Source: the human T2T-CHM13v2.0 reference genome, Homo sapiens. From it: 64,000 nucleotides of DNA. Positions 27,325 through 39,860 of the stretch are shown one piece after another (within the stretch, counting starts at the first letter, position 1; each line of letters opens with the position of its first letter). Where the stretch lies: the NCBI RefSeq assembly GCF_009914755.1, contig NC_060936.1, one strand, 5' to 3'. The position numbers were made by a program, and so were the translations under genes. The notes under the pieces are model-generated. The model worked only from the letters and a program-made list of their open reading frames with translations. It was not told where the DNA came from and searched no databases.

Positions 27325-30300
27325 CTAAAACACTACCTTTCATTTTTAAAACTAAAGATTAGTAAATGCATTGTATAAATATATCTGCATAAGTGTATAT
27401 GAAATATATGATAGTTAATATATGTAAAGAAAAGGATGTAACATAGATTAATATAGATATAACTGTCAAGCAGAGTCTTCCTGGATTATTTACCCATTTG
27501 TTGAAAGGAACTCTGGATGTGAGTTAGTCTTTCTGGAAGAAAATGGGTCAATTATGTTAAGGTGCTGTGAAATTTCACAGAAATGTTGGTGAGCATATAT
27601 AATTTGGACTTGTCAAGATCTCTTTTATCTGGTCCCTAAGCTGGCCTGTATAAATTATATTAATTTTTTTTTCTATTTTCTTGGAGGGCTGCCACATGGA
27701 GCCTGTATAAATTATGAGTGTAATTAAGCACATAGACTGAAAGATCAAAACCTAATTTTTAGATATGCCTTAGGCTGTCTTCTGAGGCTTTGCCTTGAAG
27801 CCAGGGAAGTTCTCCCTGCCAGAGGAAATAGATAGAAAATACATTTCCTCAAAATATAAAGGTTTTCTACCTTTGGATGAGCTGGTTACTTGTGGTGGGA
27901 TGGAGCTGCTGTTCTCGAATTACCCAGCTTTAAAAAGCCACCGATGGGTCCGAAGCCTCCTGGTAGGACCAGAGCTGATGTATGAGCCTCTTCTCACTGC
28001 TCTAATCCCAGGCCCAGGAGACCCATTTAGTGTGAACTCTTCATTCCTACCACAAGTTAGACCTTTAGTTCCATCCTTATGAATTTCTCATATCCCTGAC
28101 TTTTAAGCCTCTTTACTCATAGTCTTCCTAGTCCCCACCCTCCATTTCTCATGGACTTGGCATGCAGATCACACTTGCTTCATCCTCTCATAGAAACGTC
28201 ATTTGACCTGGTGGCTGTGTTGCCTTTGTTCAGCACTTTAGAATAGGTGGCCCTGGATATAAGGCAGACACTGGTTATTTAATTCAAAGTATTGACATTT
28301 TCTTAGTTTTGATCTAGGCAAAGAAAGCCTTGGTCCAAACAAAACAAACTCTTAGGTACTAAATTTTATATATTCAGCACCATATTTAAATTGAAACAAA
28401 GATATTGGATGGATTAGAGATTTAGCATATTTTTCTGTCGCCCCGATTTGATTAGGAAGTGTGAATTCTAAATCAGAAGATCTCTAAAATAATTTTTGTT
28501 TCCTTCCTAAAACCCAGTCTGTCTTATTATAAGCCATGTATATTACTGACAGTATTTCTAATACTTATATTTTAATTTTTTATTTTCATTGTCAGTAGAT
28601 ATTTAATTTATTTAATTGAATTTTAGAGAAAATTATTTAAATGAGTATAGGTAATTATTTAAGTGACAGATAGTGAATGCCAATAAGAATTTTCTTTCTT
28701 ATAATAATAGGCTTGTAATCTACTGTTTTTTTCAACAAAACCTAATTTTTTTAATCTTATACTTTTTATTTTAATTTTTTCTCATGCGCATGTTTGGTCA
28801 TTTTAGTCATATCTTAGTTCTATTATTATATTGACGAAGATATATTCAATTTTGCTAATTATTAAAAGATGTTCAAAATTTATTGAGGTGATTTAAAGGC
28901 AGTGGCTCTAATTAGGCTTATTGAATTCAAATATGCATGTAACAATTTGTTTTCTATTTCTTTAGATAATCCAAAATCTACTCTACATCTTTTCCTTTCT
29001 ATTGCCTTCAAATATCACTCTTCAAAGTTTAGTGACTAGGCTTAAAGATTCCACATATAATCCAAAGAAATCTGTTCAAGTGGACATCTATCAACACGTA
29101 AAACTATACTTTTAACTCTGTTTTTCTTGGCTGTGCTTACAAGCTGTGCTTGTTAAAAGAAATAAGACACAACAGATATAAATTGTATGAAAATGTTACA
29201 GAATTGGGCATAGGAAAAAAAGGCATGAAGCCAGAGTGTGTATGACTTGAATCTTGACAATTGGTCAACTCAAGAGTCACTAATGAGGAAGAGGTGACAG
29301 TGTTGGAATTGGAATTTTTGGAATTGATTGGTTCTGGGTCTCTTTTCTAATGGATCAGTTAAGAGATCATAAGATGTCATTTTATATGAAGAAAAACAAA
29401 ATAAGTAGTAGATAAGAAAATGAAGAAGTATGTGAGTGGCGCCTTGCACCCTGGAACCCATAGTTATCATTCAAATCAAGGAAATATGCTGAAAACAGAA
29501 AGTAAAATTTCATATAAATGAGAAATAAATTGATGAACTATGGAAAAACAAGTAATACAAAACAGAAAAGATTAAGGAGAAAAAACGCTTAATCATATGT
29601 TTTTTATTTAAAGGCAAGGAAACTTTTGAAAGGAATGATTTGTGTAGCATCTGAGAAAATAGCTTCACTTTTATAACAAAGCAGGAACAATTTAAGTAGT
29701 TGACAATTCAGAGAACTAACATACAGTACATTAGAAAAACATGAATTTAATAGGGAATATAAATCAGAATTCCTAGGTGATATTCCTTCAGGCCAGAATG
29801 TAGAGAAATGTGAAACAGTTGATTATCTATGGAAGGCTGATGTGCAGGTCACTTATTGTCATTCAGAACCATTAACGAAAGAACACTTGTGCATTAAAAT
29901 ATGTCTGGGGATATGATTGATACTTAGAGGAGGATATGTAGTTGTGTGTATGCATGTGCACACGCACGTGGGTGCACATGTGTATGTGAGTTTGAGATAG
30001 AAAAATGGGAAGAGTTGAAGGAAAAGGCTGGTAGTATATGCTATTACTATCCATTTTTACTTCTTTCCGTTTTTCTGATGCTTCCATTTTTAGTCCTTTT
30101 CTGAATTTGGATGGTGGCCTCATCATTTACTTGTATATACTGTAGTCAAGATATATTTAGCAAATATTCCTTTCCTTTACTTTTCATTTAGGATGTTATC
30201 TAAAGCCAACCTCGTCTCAGGCACTTATACTATAATTGCTACCAGCATTTGCCTTGATATTGCTGCCCCTGTCTAGAAAAGACTGTTAAAAAAAAAAAAA

Positions 30301-30974
30301 GTCTGCCTCAAACAAACATATATGGGCCTAACATTTTATTTTGGTTTATTTCTGTTTATCTTTGTTACAAAACAAAACCTGAAACTTCATACTTACAGAG
30401 ATAAAATGACAGCAGATGGCATAATGGGTGAAATGTTTTCTTTTTCCAATTTCAAATATTTATAGCTATTTATTGATCAATTTATCTTTTATTTACCCTA
30501 TTATATGCTAATAACTATACTGAGAACTTGGGGTACAATAATTGACTTGTTATCTTAGACTCTGATGGGAAAGATGGGTAGTAAATAAATCAGTAGAAAT
30601 GTTATTTGAAGGCAACAATATTGTAGATGTTTCCAAATTATTCATTGGGAGAATCAGGAATTTGGAGCAAAAATCTATGTTTTCCTACGATTCAAATTGA
30701 AATCAGAACTATAAGAAAAGTACTTATTACAATAGCTTATAATATTGAGATAAGAATCTAAACAGTCCTGAATTTTTATGAAATAATTTATAGAATATTA
30801 ACTAGGGAAATATTGTTAAAACTGATTATGCAACTATTTATGATTTTAAAGAAATCCAAATAAATGAGATATTCAAATCTTAGAACTGTACTTCTATATA
30901 GCACATTTTTATTAAATTTATATACATAAATATATACACACATTGAATATACATATATACAGGTAAATATTTAC

Positions 30975-31520
30975 TGCATTTGTTGTTTCTTCAATTCTAA
31001 GAAGCACATATTTCACATTTTAACATCTTTGAAATGAAGATGTCTTACACTGGATGGCATCTTATGATCATTGTTGCTAAGGTGGCAGGAATGGCAGAGT
31101 CATGGCCTATGCCTATTAATTGTTTCTGATCATGATTGTACAGTTTCAGTCTTTTGATATTTCAGTCAATAAACCGTTTGTGGACCATTAGAGGAAGGAA
31201 TATAAGTTCCGTTGTTCACTGAATATCTTCTGTTGATATTTTCTGGTAAGATGAAGAACATCAGTGTCAAAATTTAAAATGGCATAAGCAGCTTGAAAGA
31301 AATTCCTAGAGACAGTAATGGAGTACTCTGTAGAAATGCCAAACCATGGATGCTCTTTATAGGCCAGAGGAGGATATTGTGTAAGAAAACACAGCTATTG
31401 CAAACTGTGATTCAAAAAGTGATTCAGAAGAATCATAATCCGATTGTGAAAATATTTAGCAATACCTAATGAGTTAGAAGTTGTTTTCTTTTAGTACATA
31501 TTTATACACGTAATTTTGAT
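30975..31520 (+). mobile_element. Tc2/Kanga (MER104-related) DNA transposon remnant
   Basis: TTCTAAGAAGCACATATTTCACATTTTAACATCTTTGAAAT...GATGGCATCTTA matches the MER104/Kanga terminus. A degenerate pogo-type C-terminal segment lies near 31330-31390. Confidence 0.6.
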
Positions 31521-31889
31521 ATAACTTAAAATTGTTGTCATTTTCAATTGGATAAAATGTATTATGTAAACATGTATAACTGAAGCTATAGCAGAGTATT
31601 CACCAGTATGTTTACATAGTTTACTCTAGTGTTAGGATTGTGGGTGATTTGCATGTTTTTCTTTACGTATTTTTTTATTTTTAAAATTTTAAATTACTAA
31701 TTAGTATTTATATCTTTGGCAAATGATAAATAGTTATTGATTTTAATCTTTAAGTGAAAATTTATTTTAAATGTGTAGGGTAATTACTGAAGTATAAATA
31801 TGATGCCTAAACTTCCAAATTTTAGAAGGACAAGTTGGAAGCTTTTTTCCTTTGGTGTAAGCATAACTAGTAAAATAAAAGAACTGATA

Positions 31890-32230
31890 TTTAAAGAACA
31901 GAATGGCTCTAACTACATGAAAAGATACTCAAAATTATTAGTAATCACAGAATGCAAATTAAAACTACAATGAATTTTTTCATGTCTACTGCATTAGAAA
32001 AAATTTAAAAATTATGCATTGGTCAGGATATGTGACAAGGAGAACTCTTATGCACTGCTGGTTTCAGTGTAAATTTCTACAATAAATCTTCTATAATTCC
32101 TGTCCAGTATCTCTGAAGAATTATTTGCACAAATGCCCCAAGAGAGGAAAGTACAGGAATGTTCATAGGAGTATAATGACATCTAACTGGAGACAGTCCA
32201 AATCTCTATACATAGTTATGGGTTACATAT
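31890..32230 (+). mobile_element. Old L1M ORF2 end / 3' UTR fragment
   Basis: CATGAAAAGATACTCAA...ATGCAAATTAAAACTACAATGA...GAACTCTTATGCACTGCTGG. Confidence 0.75.
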
Positions 32231-32270
32231 AGATATAGATACATACACATGTATATTCAGAAATGACATA

Positions 32271-32900
32271 TGGTCAATCCTTATTATGAGTGGTTCCATA
32301 TTTGTAAATTTGCATATCCACAGAAATGTGTGATTCACAGCACTTTTGCAATCATTTGCTGACATGCACAGAACAGCAAAAAAATTTGTTATGCAACACT
32401 TACATTCCCAGCTGAAGTCAAACAAGGCAAGACCCTGCCTTCTGGTTTTAGTTTTCTCTCATACTGTAAACCAGTATTCTTTTTATAGTCTAATACCATG
32501 TTTTTCACATTTTGTGCTTTTTGCTGGTGATCTTGCTGTTTAAAATGGTCCCTAAGAGTAATGCTGAAGTGCTTTCTAGCATACCTCAGTACAAGAAAAC
32601 TGTGAAGTGTTTTATAGAAAAAATACTTGTGTTAGATAAGCTTCATCCAGACATGAGTTACAGCGCTATTCGCTGTAAGTTCAATGTCAGTGAATCAGCA
32701 ATATGTATTAAGTAAGGTGTCTTTAAACAGAAACACACATAAAACAAGGTTTTGTATTGATTGGTTGATGAAAATGTGATCAGAGTCTCACAGAAACCTA
32801 TCCTTGTTTTTCTACTATGTGCAGCGGTTCAGCATTTGGTAATTCAGTGTTCATGGTGACTTTACAGAACACAGCTTCCATGAATAATGAGAATCAACTG
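32271..32900 (+). mobile_element. MER82 (TcMar-Tigger) DNA element
   Basis: TA-flanked; ends GAATAATGAGAATCAACTG. ORF 32512-32715 holds a Tigger/CENP-B-type N-terminal HTH remnant (EKILVLDKLHPDMSYSAIRCKFNVSESAI). Confidence 0.88.
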
Positions 32901-33769
32901 TACTCTGTGACATCAGATTTATAAGTCTATGTGCATCATGTCTGAATCTAAAATTATAATATTAAATTTAAAAACTGTTTCCAAGATTATATATGTCATA
33001 TGCATATTATTACATGCATATAATATAGAAAATTTAATATATATTTGAAATATTAATAATTGTATTAAATAATTATTTAATTATTAATTATTAAGAATTT
33101 AATTTTGACTCTTTGATCTATATATATTTTAGGTAATGCAAATTTTATATAAAATGTAATATATTTAGTTTATGTATTACATATAAATTTAGGAACACAT
33201 ACACATATACATATACACACGTACATATATGGTAAAAGTATAAATAAAATTAAGTTAAAAGCCATCATACAATTCGGGATAGTTGTTGCCTTTTGGTAGA
33301 GAAAGAGTGATGTGGTCAGAGAGGAACACACAGAGGTGTTTAGATTAAAAATGGCTATTGCTATTTTCTGAAGATCCTAAAATTATTTCATATTTTTAGA
33401 GAAACTCTGGAGGATTTCACATTCAGCCCCAACTATGACTTATTGAACACTTAACTATGTACAGATGACTAATCTGAGGCAAGCATACATTATTTCATTT
33501 AATTCTTATATTACTCTTGTGAGGTAGGTACTCCATGCAATTTTTTTCGACGCTCAAGATGAGATCGTCATGCAAAGTTCACTTTAAGATTTGGCTTTTA
33601 AAAGTTATAGCTTCTACATTAAATGTAATAAAAGACATGTAATTTGGAAAGCCACATATATATTTTTTCTCTTCAAAAATGTAATTTTAACATCTTCACT
33701 CATCTTCATTTTATGTATAATTTTAAGAAAAATTAGGATGATAGGTAAATTTGTCTAGTACGTATTAGT

Positions 33770-33950
33770 CATGCCATTTACATGTAGTCTTCTGTCAATG
33801 CTCTTAATTACCTTGTAAACTAAATATAGTTATTAACCTGTTTTTACAGATGAAACCACAGACTCAGTTTTATTACTTTACTAAGTGTTACAGAGTAAAT
33901 GATGGAGCCAGTATTCGTAGCATTTGAAGCTCTTATGCTTAATTTTCATG
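33770..33950 (-). mobile_element. MIR SINE remnant
   Basis: TTTTTACAGATGAAACCACAGACTCAG core. Confidence 0.65.
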
Positions 33951-36197
33951 CCACAAGATGAAACCATGTAAAGGAAAATAGGCTTAAATTTACAATTTCA
34001 TAATAAACTAGAATTTTAGAAAATAGAATTGTGTATATGTGTGTGTGTGTGTACATTCTGTCTTCTATTTTATTCTTTGTATAGGAGCAAACCAAGTAGA
34101 ATGCTTTTAAAGGGTCTATAAGTTCAAATTATTTTAATATAAGAGTGATACATTTCTTAAGGGGGGCATATTTAAATGCTGGGAAAATTCTAATTCATAG
34201 AATTTATACTAGTGTTGACACCTATTTATTGTGTGAGTCTGCACACACCTCTTTACTTTCCTATGGGCATAGTTTCCTGTCTGTAAAATGGAAATCCCAT
34301 ATTTATAACATGATTTGAATATTAACAAATTATAATATTTGTATTGATGTTATTATTTTAAAATATGGGTTTAAGATTACTTAGAAATGTTATTTATGAT
34401 CTTTGAAGTGAGTGAAAAATAAATAATCCAGTTGTATTTCTGAATGTTTACTATAGCAGATATGATAAAAACTACAATAGTTTAAACTCAAGAATTAGTA
34501 ATAAAAGATGGTTTAGTTTTCTTTATGCAAGCAGGAAAACTGCAGAGTGAGGACTTTAAGCCCCATAACTGTTTTTACACGCTGATTATACAACAAAGAG
34601 TAGTTTACCACATAAATGTCCTTCGGTATTTCCTCAGTATTCTTCTAGGGTTTCTTTTTTTAATTTTCAAGCAATAAAATAGGTACTTTAAAATATAGTA
34701 ATAAAATTTAGTAATATATAGATTCAGATTCTTTAGACAACTTTCAAAGATCATTTGCTATTTTCAACTGGTTTCACTAATACCTACAATATTTATTTCC
34801 TTTTCTTTTTTCCTTAAATATTATACATCTTCAAAGATACTATTTCCAATGCACATGTGCTGTAAACTCATCATGTTAGGTTAACTGATGACCAAGGAGA
34901 AATAAACCTATCTTCCAATTAATAGATGAATAGATAGATAGAAGACAGAAAACGTTTATGTTTCTAAGAAAGCAAAAATGATTACAAAAGCAAGCTGTAC
35001 ACATGCTGAAAACATACAAACCATCTCAAAATAATTGTTGAGAGGTGTGGTATTTGGGGTTGATTTTAGCAATTTTAGCATCTGCACGACATTAACTTAT
35101 AGAAGTGGCTTTGCCCCAATTACTGTGATTGACTAGGATCTACATTATGTGCATTAATTGTTTGTGGTTAAAGCCTTTCATTTGACCTTGTCACTATAGT
35201 TTCCATGACATTTTTTGGTAGGCTTCTAACATACAAATGTGTACCTATAAAAAATCTTTCAAGTTATTTTATTCATTTTTTGAAAAGCAGATGCCTATGA
35301 CCATTTTGATCAATAAAAAGAATACTACGGATATGCAGAGAGGATGTAATAAAAATGCCGAGGATTTTTTTGCTTGCTTTTTTTTCTCCCTAAATTACAT
35401 CACTCGGCAGTCTTATTTCTAATTCTATTTATATTATCTGTAGAGTCAGCAGTGATTAGTGAAATCCAGTCACTGCTATTACTATTTTACTTAGGTCAGG
35501 CTTCTTAATATCTCTGAAATTTGTCACATTTAAAAAATAGAAAAAATACCTTAAAAGGCTTTTATTGAAACTAAACTGAATAAATACTTACTGAAAATAA
35601 AAAGCATTTATTTAGCATAATAAGTACACAGTATTTATTGAGTGAGATCCCCTTATCCATTTTTGTATACCTATAAGATTACATTATAGGTTACTTTGAG
35701 TATCATGCATTAATTCAATAAGATAAGTAATTTGAACTCTTGAAACTATTCCATCAAATTAATGCCACTGTATCCAAAGCCATATTTTATATGTGTGTAT
35801 TTAGTCAGGAATAACTTTAAATTTTACTTTATTGTAATTTCTTGGAAAAATCAAAAGGGTTTGCCTTTTTCATACCATTTAACAATTTTTAAAATTTGTT
35901 TTACCTACGTTGTCTAATAGAATGGTAGGTGCATTTATCATTTATACCTCTACTTCCTATAAAAGAGTAATTTGAGACTGCTTTTTAAAAAATAAACATA
36001 AAACATCACATTGTACCCCATAAATATATAATAGATACAAGCAAATATATAAAAAAGCTAATTTTTTGATGTATGAGTATGTGAAGAAGACATGTAAAAT
36101 ATATTTATAAAAAATGTTTAAAAAGGAGATATTTTCTGTACAAATCATTGTGGCAATTAAAAGTCTTATTTAGCTATTTTACTTTAATTAAAAAACA

Positions 36198-36280
36198 TTT
36201 TAGGGATAGGGCCTGTCTCTGTCACCCAGGATGGAGTGCAGTGGCTCCATCAGAGCTCACTGCAGCCTTGAACTACTGGG
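36198..36280 (-). mobile_element. Truncated AluJ/FLAM 3' fragment
   Basis: CTCTGTCACCCAGGATGGAGTGCAGTGGC...GCTCACTGCAGCCTTGAACTACTGGG, cut abruptly. Confidence 0.9.
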
Positions 36281-36486
36281 TGAGTATAGTTAGTAATACT
36301 GTATAGTATACTGGTAATTTGCCAACAGAATAGATTTCAGGTGTTCTGAGCACAAAAAAGAAAAGTGGTAACTCTATGAGGCAAGGGTTATGTTAATTAG
36401 GTTGACCGTAGTAATCATTTTGCTATGAATATGTATAACAAAACATGTTTTACACCTTAAATATATAATTTTTATTTTTTAAAAAT
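36280..36486 (+). mobile_element. L1MA/MB 3' end fragment
   Basis: ATAGTTAGTAATACTGTATAGTATACT...GTAGTAATCATTTTGCTATG...ACACCTTAAATATATAATTTTTATT. Confidence 0.85.
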
Positions 36487-36492
36487 AGTGGG

Positions 36493-36819
36493 GGCTGGAT
36501 GCGGTGGCTCACACCCGTAATCCCAACACATTGGGAGGCTGAGGTGGGTGGATCATCTGAGGTCAGGAGTTCGAGACCAGCTTGGCCAACATGACGAAAC
36601 CCCATCTCTACTAAAAACACAAAAATTAGCCGGGCATGGTGGCGCCTGCCTGTAATCCCAGTTACTAGGGTCTGAGGCAGGAGGATCGCTTGAACCTGGG
36701 AGGCACAGGTTCCAGTGAGCCAATATCATGCCACTGCACTCCAACCTGGGCCACAGAGTGAGACTCTGTCTCAAAAAAAAAAAAAAAAAAGAAAAAGAAA
36801 AAAAAAGAAAAAGAAAAAA
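36493..36819 (+). mobile_element. AluS
   Basis: Full dimer with a long A/GAAAA tail. Confidence 0.97.
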
Positions 36820-37342
36820 GTGAGTTAGAATTATCTCTACAATCATCAAAAAGCGTAGACAACAGAAAGCAATAAAAAAAGCCAATAGATCATGTCAAAA
36901 GGCTTTGCATCCATCATTTCGTTCCTTGGCTTAGCCTTAAACAGGAAGGAAAAATGAGACCAAAAGTATCAATTAATGAGGTTAAAACAACTGGTGATTG
37001 AAGTAGAATATGTATCAGATCTATCTTAGAGCTATGACTGATGTATAATGTAAAATGGTACTTCAGTTCAGATCTAAATTCTTAACTTCACTTTGAGTAA
37101 TTTTTGTTTCAATAATCAAATTAAATTATTTAAATATTTAGCCCACAATAATCAAAGGTATATAACTTGCATCAATTGTTTTTGTACATTTTCTGGTAAT
37201 TTTCTGAGTATAAGAGTGTGAAAAATATTCATGAAAAATCATATTGTAGTTTTAACTGGAAAGTACTATTTTAGTGACTATGAAGAGTGGTAAACAAAAG
37301 GGGAAATAAAATTTAAACTGTTATTTCATTATTTTAATATAG

Positions 37343-37372
37343 GTTACTTGAATTTCCACTAGAGGAGCAGAA
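37343..37372 (+). other. SLC16A7: 5' UTR part of the SLC16A7 start-codon exon
   Basis: U-rich tract TTATTTCATTATTTTAATAT, then acceptor AG at 37341-37342, 30 nt upstream of the ATG. An in-frame TGA lies at 37349-37351. Confidence 0.85.
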
Positions 37373-37589
37373 ATGCCACCAATGCCAAGTGCCCCACCTG
37401 TGCATCCACCTCCAGATGGAGGATGGGGTTGGATTGTGGTTGGAGCAGCTTTTATCTCCATTGGATTTTCCTATGCATTCCCCAAAGCTGTCACCGTATT
37501 CTTCAAAGAAATTCAGCAAATATTCCACACTACCTACAGTGAAATAGCATGGATTTCATCCATTATGCTGGCTGTTATGTACGCAGGAG
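37373..37589 (+). CDS. SLC16A7: Monocarboxylate transporter 2 (MCT2), first coding exon (residues 1-72 plus 1 nt; TM1-TM2)
   Basis: [72 protein letters not shown] carries the SLC16 signature PDGGWGW and the MCT2-specific N-terminus. Donor GAG|GTAAGC at 37590, phase 1. The next coding exon was not found in the window. Confidence 0.98.
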
Positions 37590-38499
37590 GTAAGCTTCTT
37601 GCAATAAATAGAATCCTGAATTAAGAAAATAATTCCTCCATGTCACAATGTTTTACATGGAGTGTCTTGGTATATTAAAACCCTGTTTTTATGTTATAGT
37701 CACTTAAAACCAATCAAAAGTATAATTAGAACTGAAATTTCAATGATTTTAGTGATTCAGCATCTTAAGCTATTTGCTTCGAATTGAGTCTTAATGGAGG
37801 ATTTGTTTGAATAAGAATTTGTAAGCACAAAGCAAGATTTACTAAATTATGGAATTTCTAAGTGAGGCTACTTCATTTAGTTTGAAATAAAGTCCACAAC
37901 ATATTGCTGATGTCATTTTTCACAATCGCTACCTCTGGTAGAAATGCTTTCTTCTGAATGAGAAGAAAATTTAAGTTGCTGACAGTTTATAAGCCCAGAA
38001 AGTACATCACTTTAAGCTGCAAAAATGAAGGGTTAACATGTACATTCTAGACCCATTCAAATTTGTGTGACTGAAATAATTATTTATCTCTATAAGGCTC
38101 ATTAAATAGGACATCTTTTTAACTTAAATTGTTGCTTGGAAATTATCTTATTACATTCTATGTTCAAATGAGGGTATTAGTCATGAAGGATAATGAAGAA
38201 ATCAAAGTACCATCCCACTTCTAAATGTTGCAAATTTGGAATTATTGGTGCCTTATTATGTCATCTATTTTCTGTAAATCAATCTCAATAGCAGACCAGA
38301 CTCTCTTGTAGAATTTTTTGAAAGTCATTACTTAAAATATGTCTTTTAGCGTTTTTATTTTTCAAGTGGATATTTGACTTTAAGGGATAGATATAGACTC
38401 AGACTATAGTCATTTAAAGAAATTATATCAATTATCTTCTGTGATTTCTTATTTTTCAAGTAAGGATAATATGGCTCTTAGTCATGAAAATATAACATT

Positions 38500-38725
38500 A
38501 GTATAATATCCAGTATTTAGTAATATTTACTTTCACCCAAGGCCTAAGTACTTAATATGTGTGATATGACTTAATCCTCTTAATGATCCGTGAAATAAGT
38601 ATTATCTTCTCTTTATTCCATAGCTAAGGAAATATATACAATAGCTCTCCCAAGTCAAACAACTTGTTAGTAGTAAACAGAGACTGTAACTCCTAGCATT
38701 TAACACCTGTGGTCTCTGACTTTCT
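38500..38725 (-). mobile_element. MIR SINE remnant
   Basis: TTAATCCTCTTAATGATCCGTGAAATAAGTATTAT...CCCAAGTCAAACAACTTGTTAGT. Confidence 0.6.
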
Positions 38726-38934
38726 CATAACTTTCTCTTTACATCTAGAGAGTGACAAAGCCAGATCTGGCCCAGGCCTTCTATAAACCTGATTCAATTC
38801 TTTCTACTTCAGCTCAGTGGCTTGTGTACCACCTCCACCAATGTCATTTGTTCAGTGACATAATAATTATTCTTTAGGACATTATCTTTTTGTTGTACTA
38901 CGAAGGTAAACAGTTGATCCTGAAATAATTCCCT

Positions 38935-38960
38935 GTGTGTGTGTGTGTGTGTGTGTGTGT
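38935..38960. repeat. (TG)n microsatellite
   Basis: Seen directly. Confidence 0.97.
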
Positions 38961-39519
38961 TTATGTGTGTTGGTGTTGGAATGTGTTTTATACTTTTTAT
39001 ATATAGTGACTTTATATTAATACAGCATATGTTTCCCTTATTCATTTGGTTAGGTTAAACATGCATTTTTCTTCCAGTATCAAAAGGTATCCTTTAAATA
39101 CTATTTGGGCGTGTCAATGGAAAATTCTACTTCTAACACACATTCTATGAATCTCCTTTGGACAGTTGCTTTATAGATTGTAAGAATGTTATTTCTTGTG
39201 ACCATAGAAACAGTAGGTATTGTAGAGTAGATATTCCTGTATCCTGTGGGACAGGTGTTGTTTAATAATGTTTTGCTAGAGCAGCACACAGTCATCTTGA
39301 TTTCAGCTCCAAAACGTGCTAATATTAAGATATGTAGAGGGTTTTCTTGCCTCTTAAATACAATTGAAACAGTCTCTTCTAGTGAATTAATATAAGTCCA
39401 TTGAATTTGAACTTCAGGTCTTACATAGTCATAATTCCTTATTGAGCAGATAGTTGACTAACTCATCAGTAGGACAAAATTTTATATACTGTTTTAATTA
39501 AGCCAAATCTTAATTTACA

Positions 39520-39860
39520 TTCTCTGTTAGTTTTCAGACCTCAGAGTCTTGATGACTTAAAACAATACAGGTTATTTCTTTCTGAAGCAATGTTTCAAAA
39601 AGTGGCTATTCCATCACCCAAGGCTTTGTATGTTGTTCCCTAAATCTGCTCCATCTGTTGGACAAATAGTAAAGGCAGACAGCATGGAAGATCATATGGA
39701 CTATTTTAGGGGGTATGCCTGGGAGGAATAAACATTATTTCTGTACATATTCTATTGATCAGAACTCTTATACTGCCCTACCCAGAGTTAGGGGCCATGG
39801 ATGCTGGGAAATACAGCCTTCCCAAAGGAAGAAACAGAACTACATAACATCTAGCCAGTC
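39520..39860 (-). mobile_element. Old MLT1 LTR fragment
   Basis: GACTTAAAACAATACAGGTTATTTCT...CATATTCTATTGATCAGAACTC...GCTGGGAAATACAGCC. Confidence 0.6.

Noticed and set aside
32512-32715. HTH-like ORF suggesting a domesticated Tigger gene
   Set aside because: Standard internal remnant of the non-autonomous MER82; there is no catalytic DDE domain and no clear splice context.
37334-37528. 64-aa antisense ORF over the MCT2 exon
   Set aside because: Shadow frame of the real exon; no independent support.
37373-37624. 83-aa ORF taken as a complete protein
   Set aside because: MCT2 similarity stops at the GTAAGC donor (37590). The last residues are intron read-through and matter only if intronic polyadenylation occurs.
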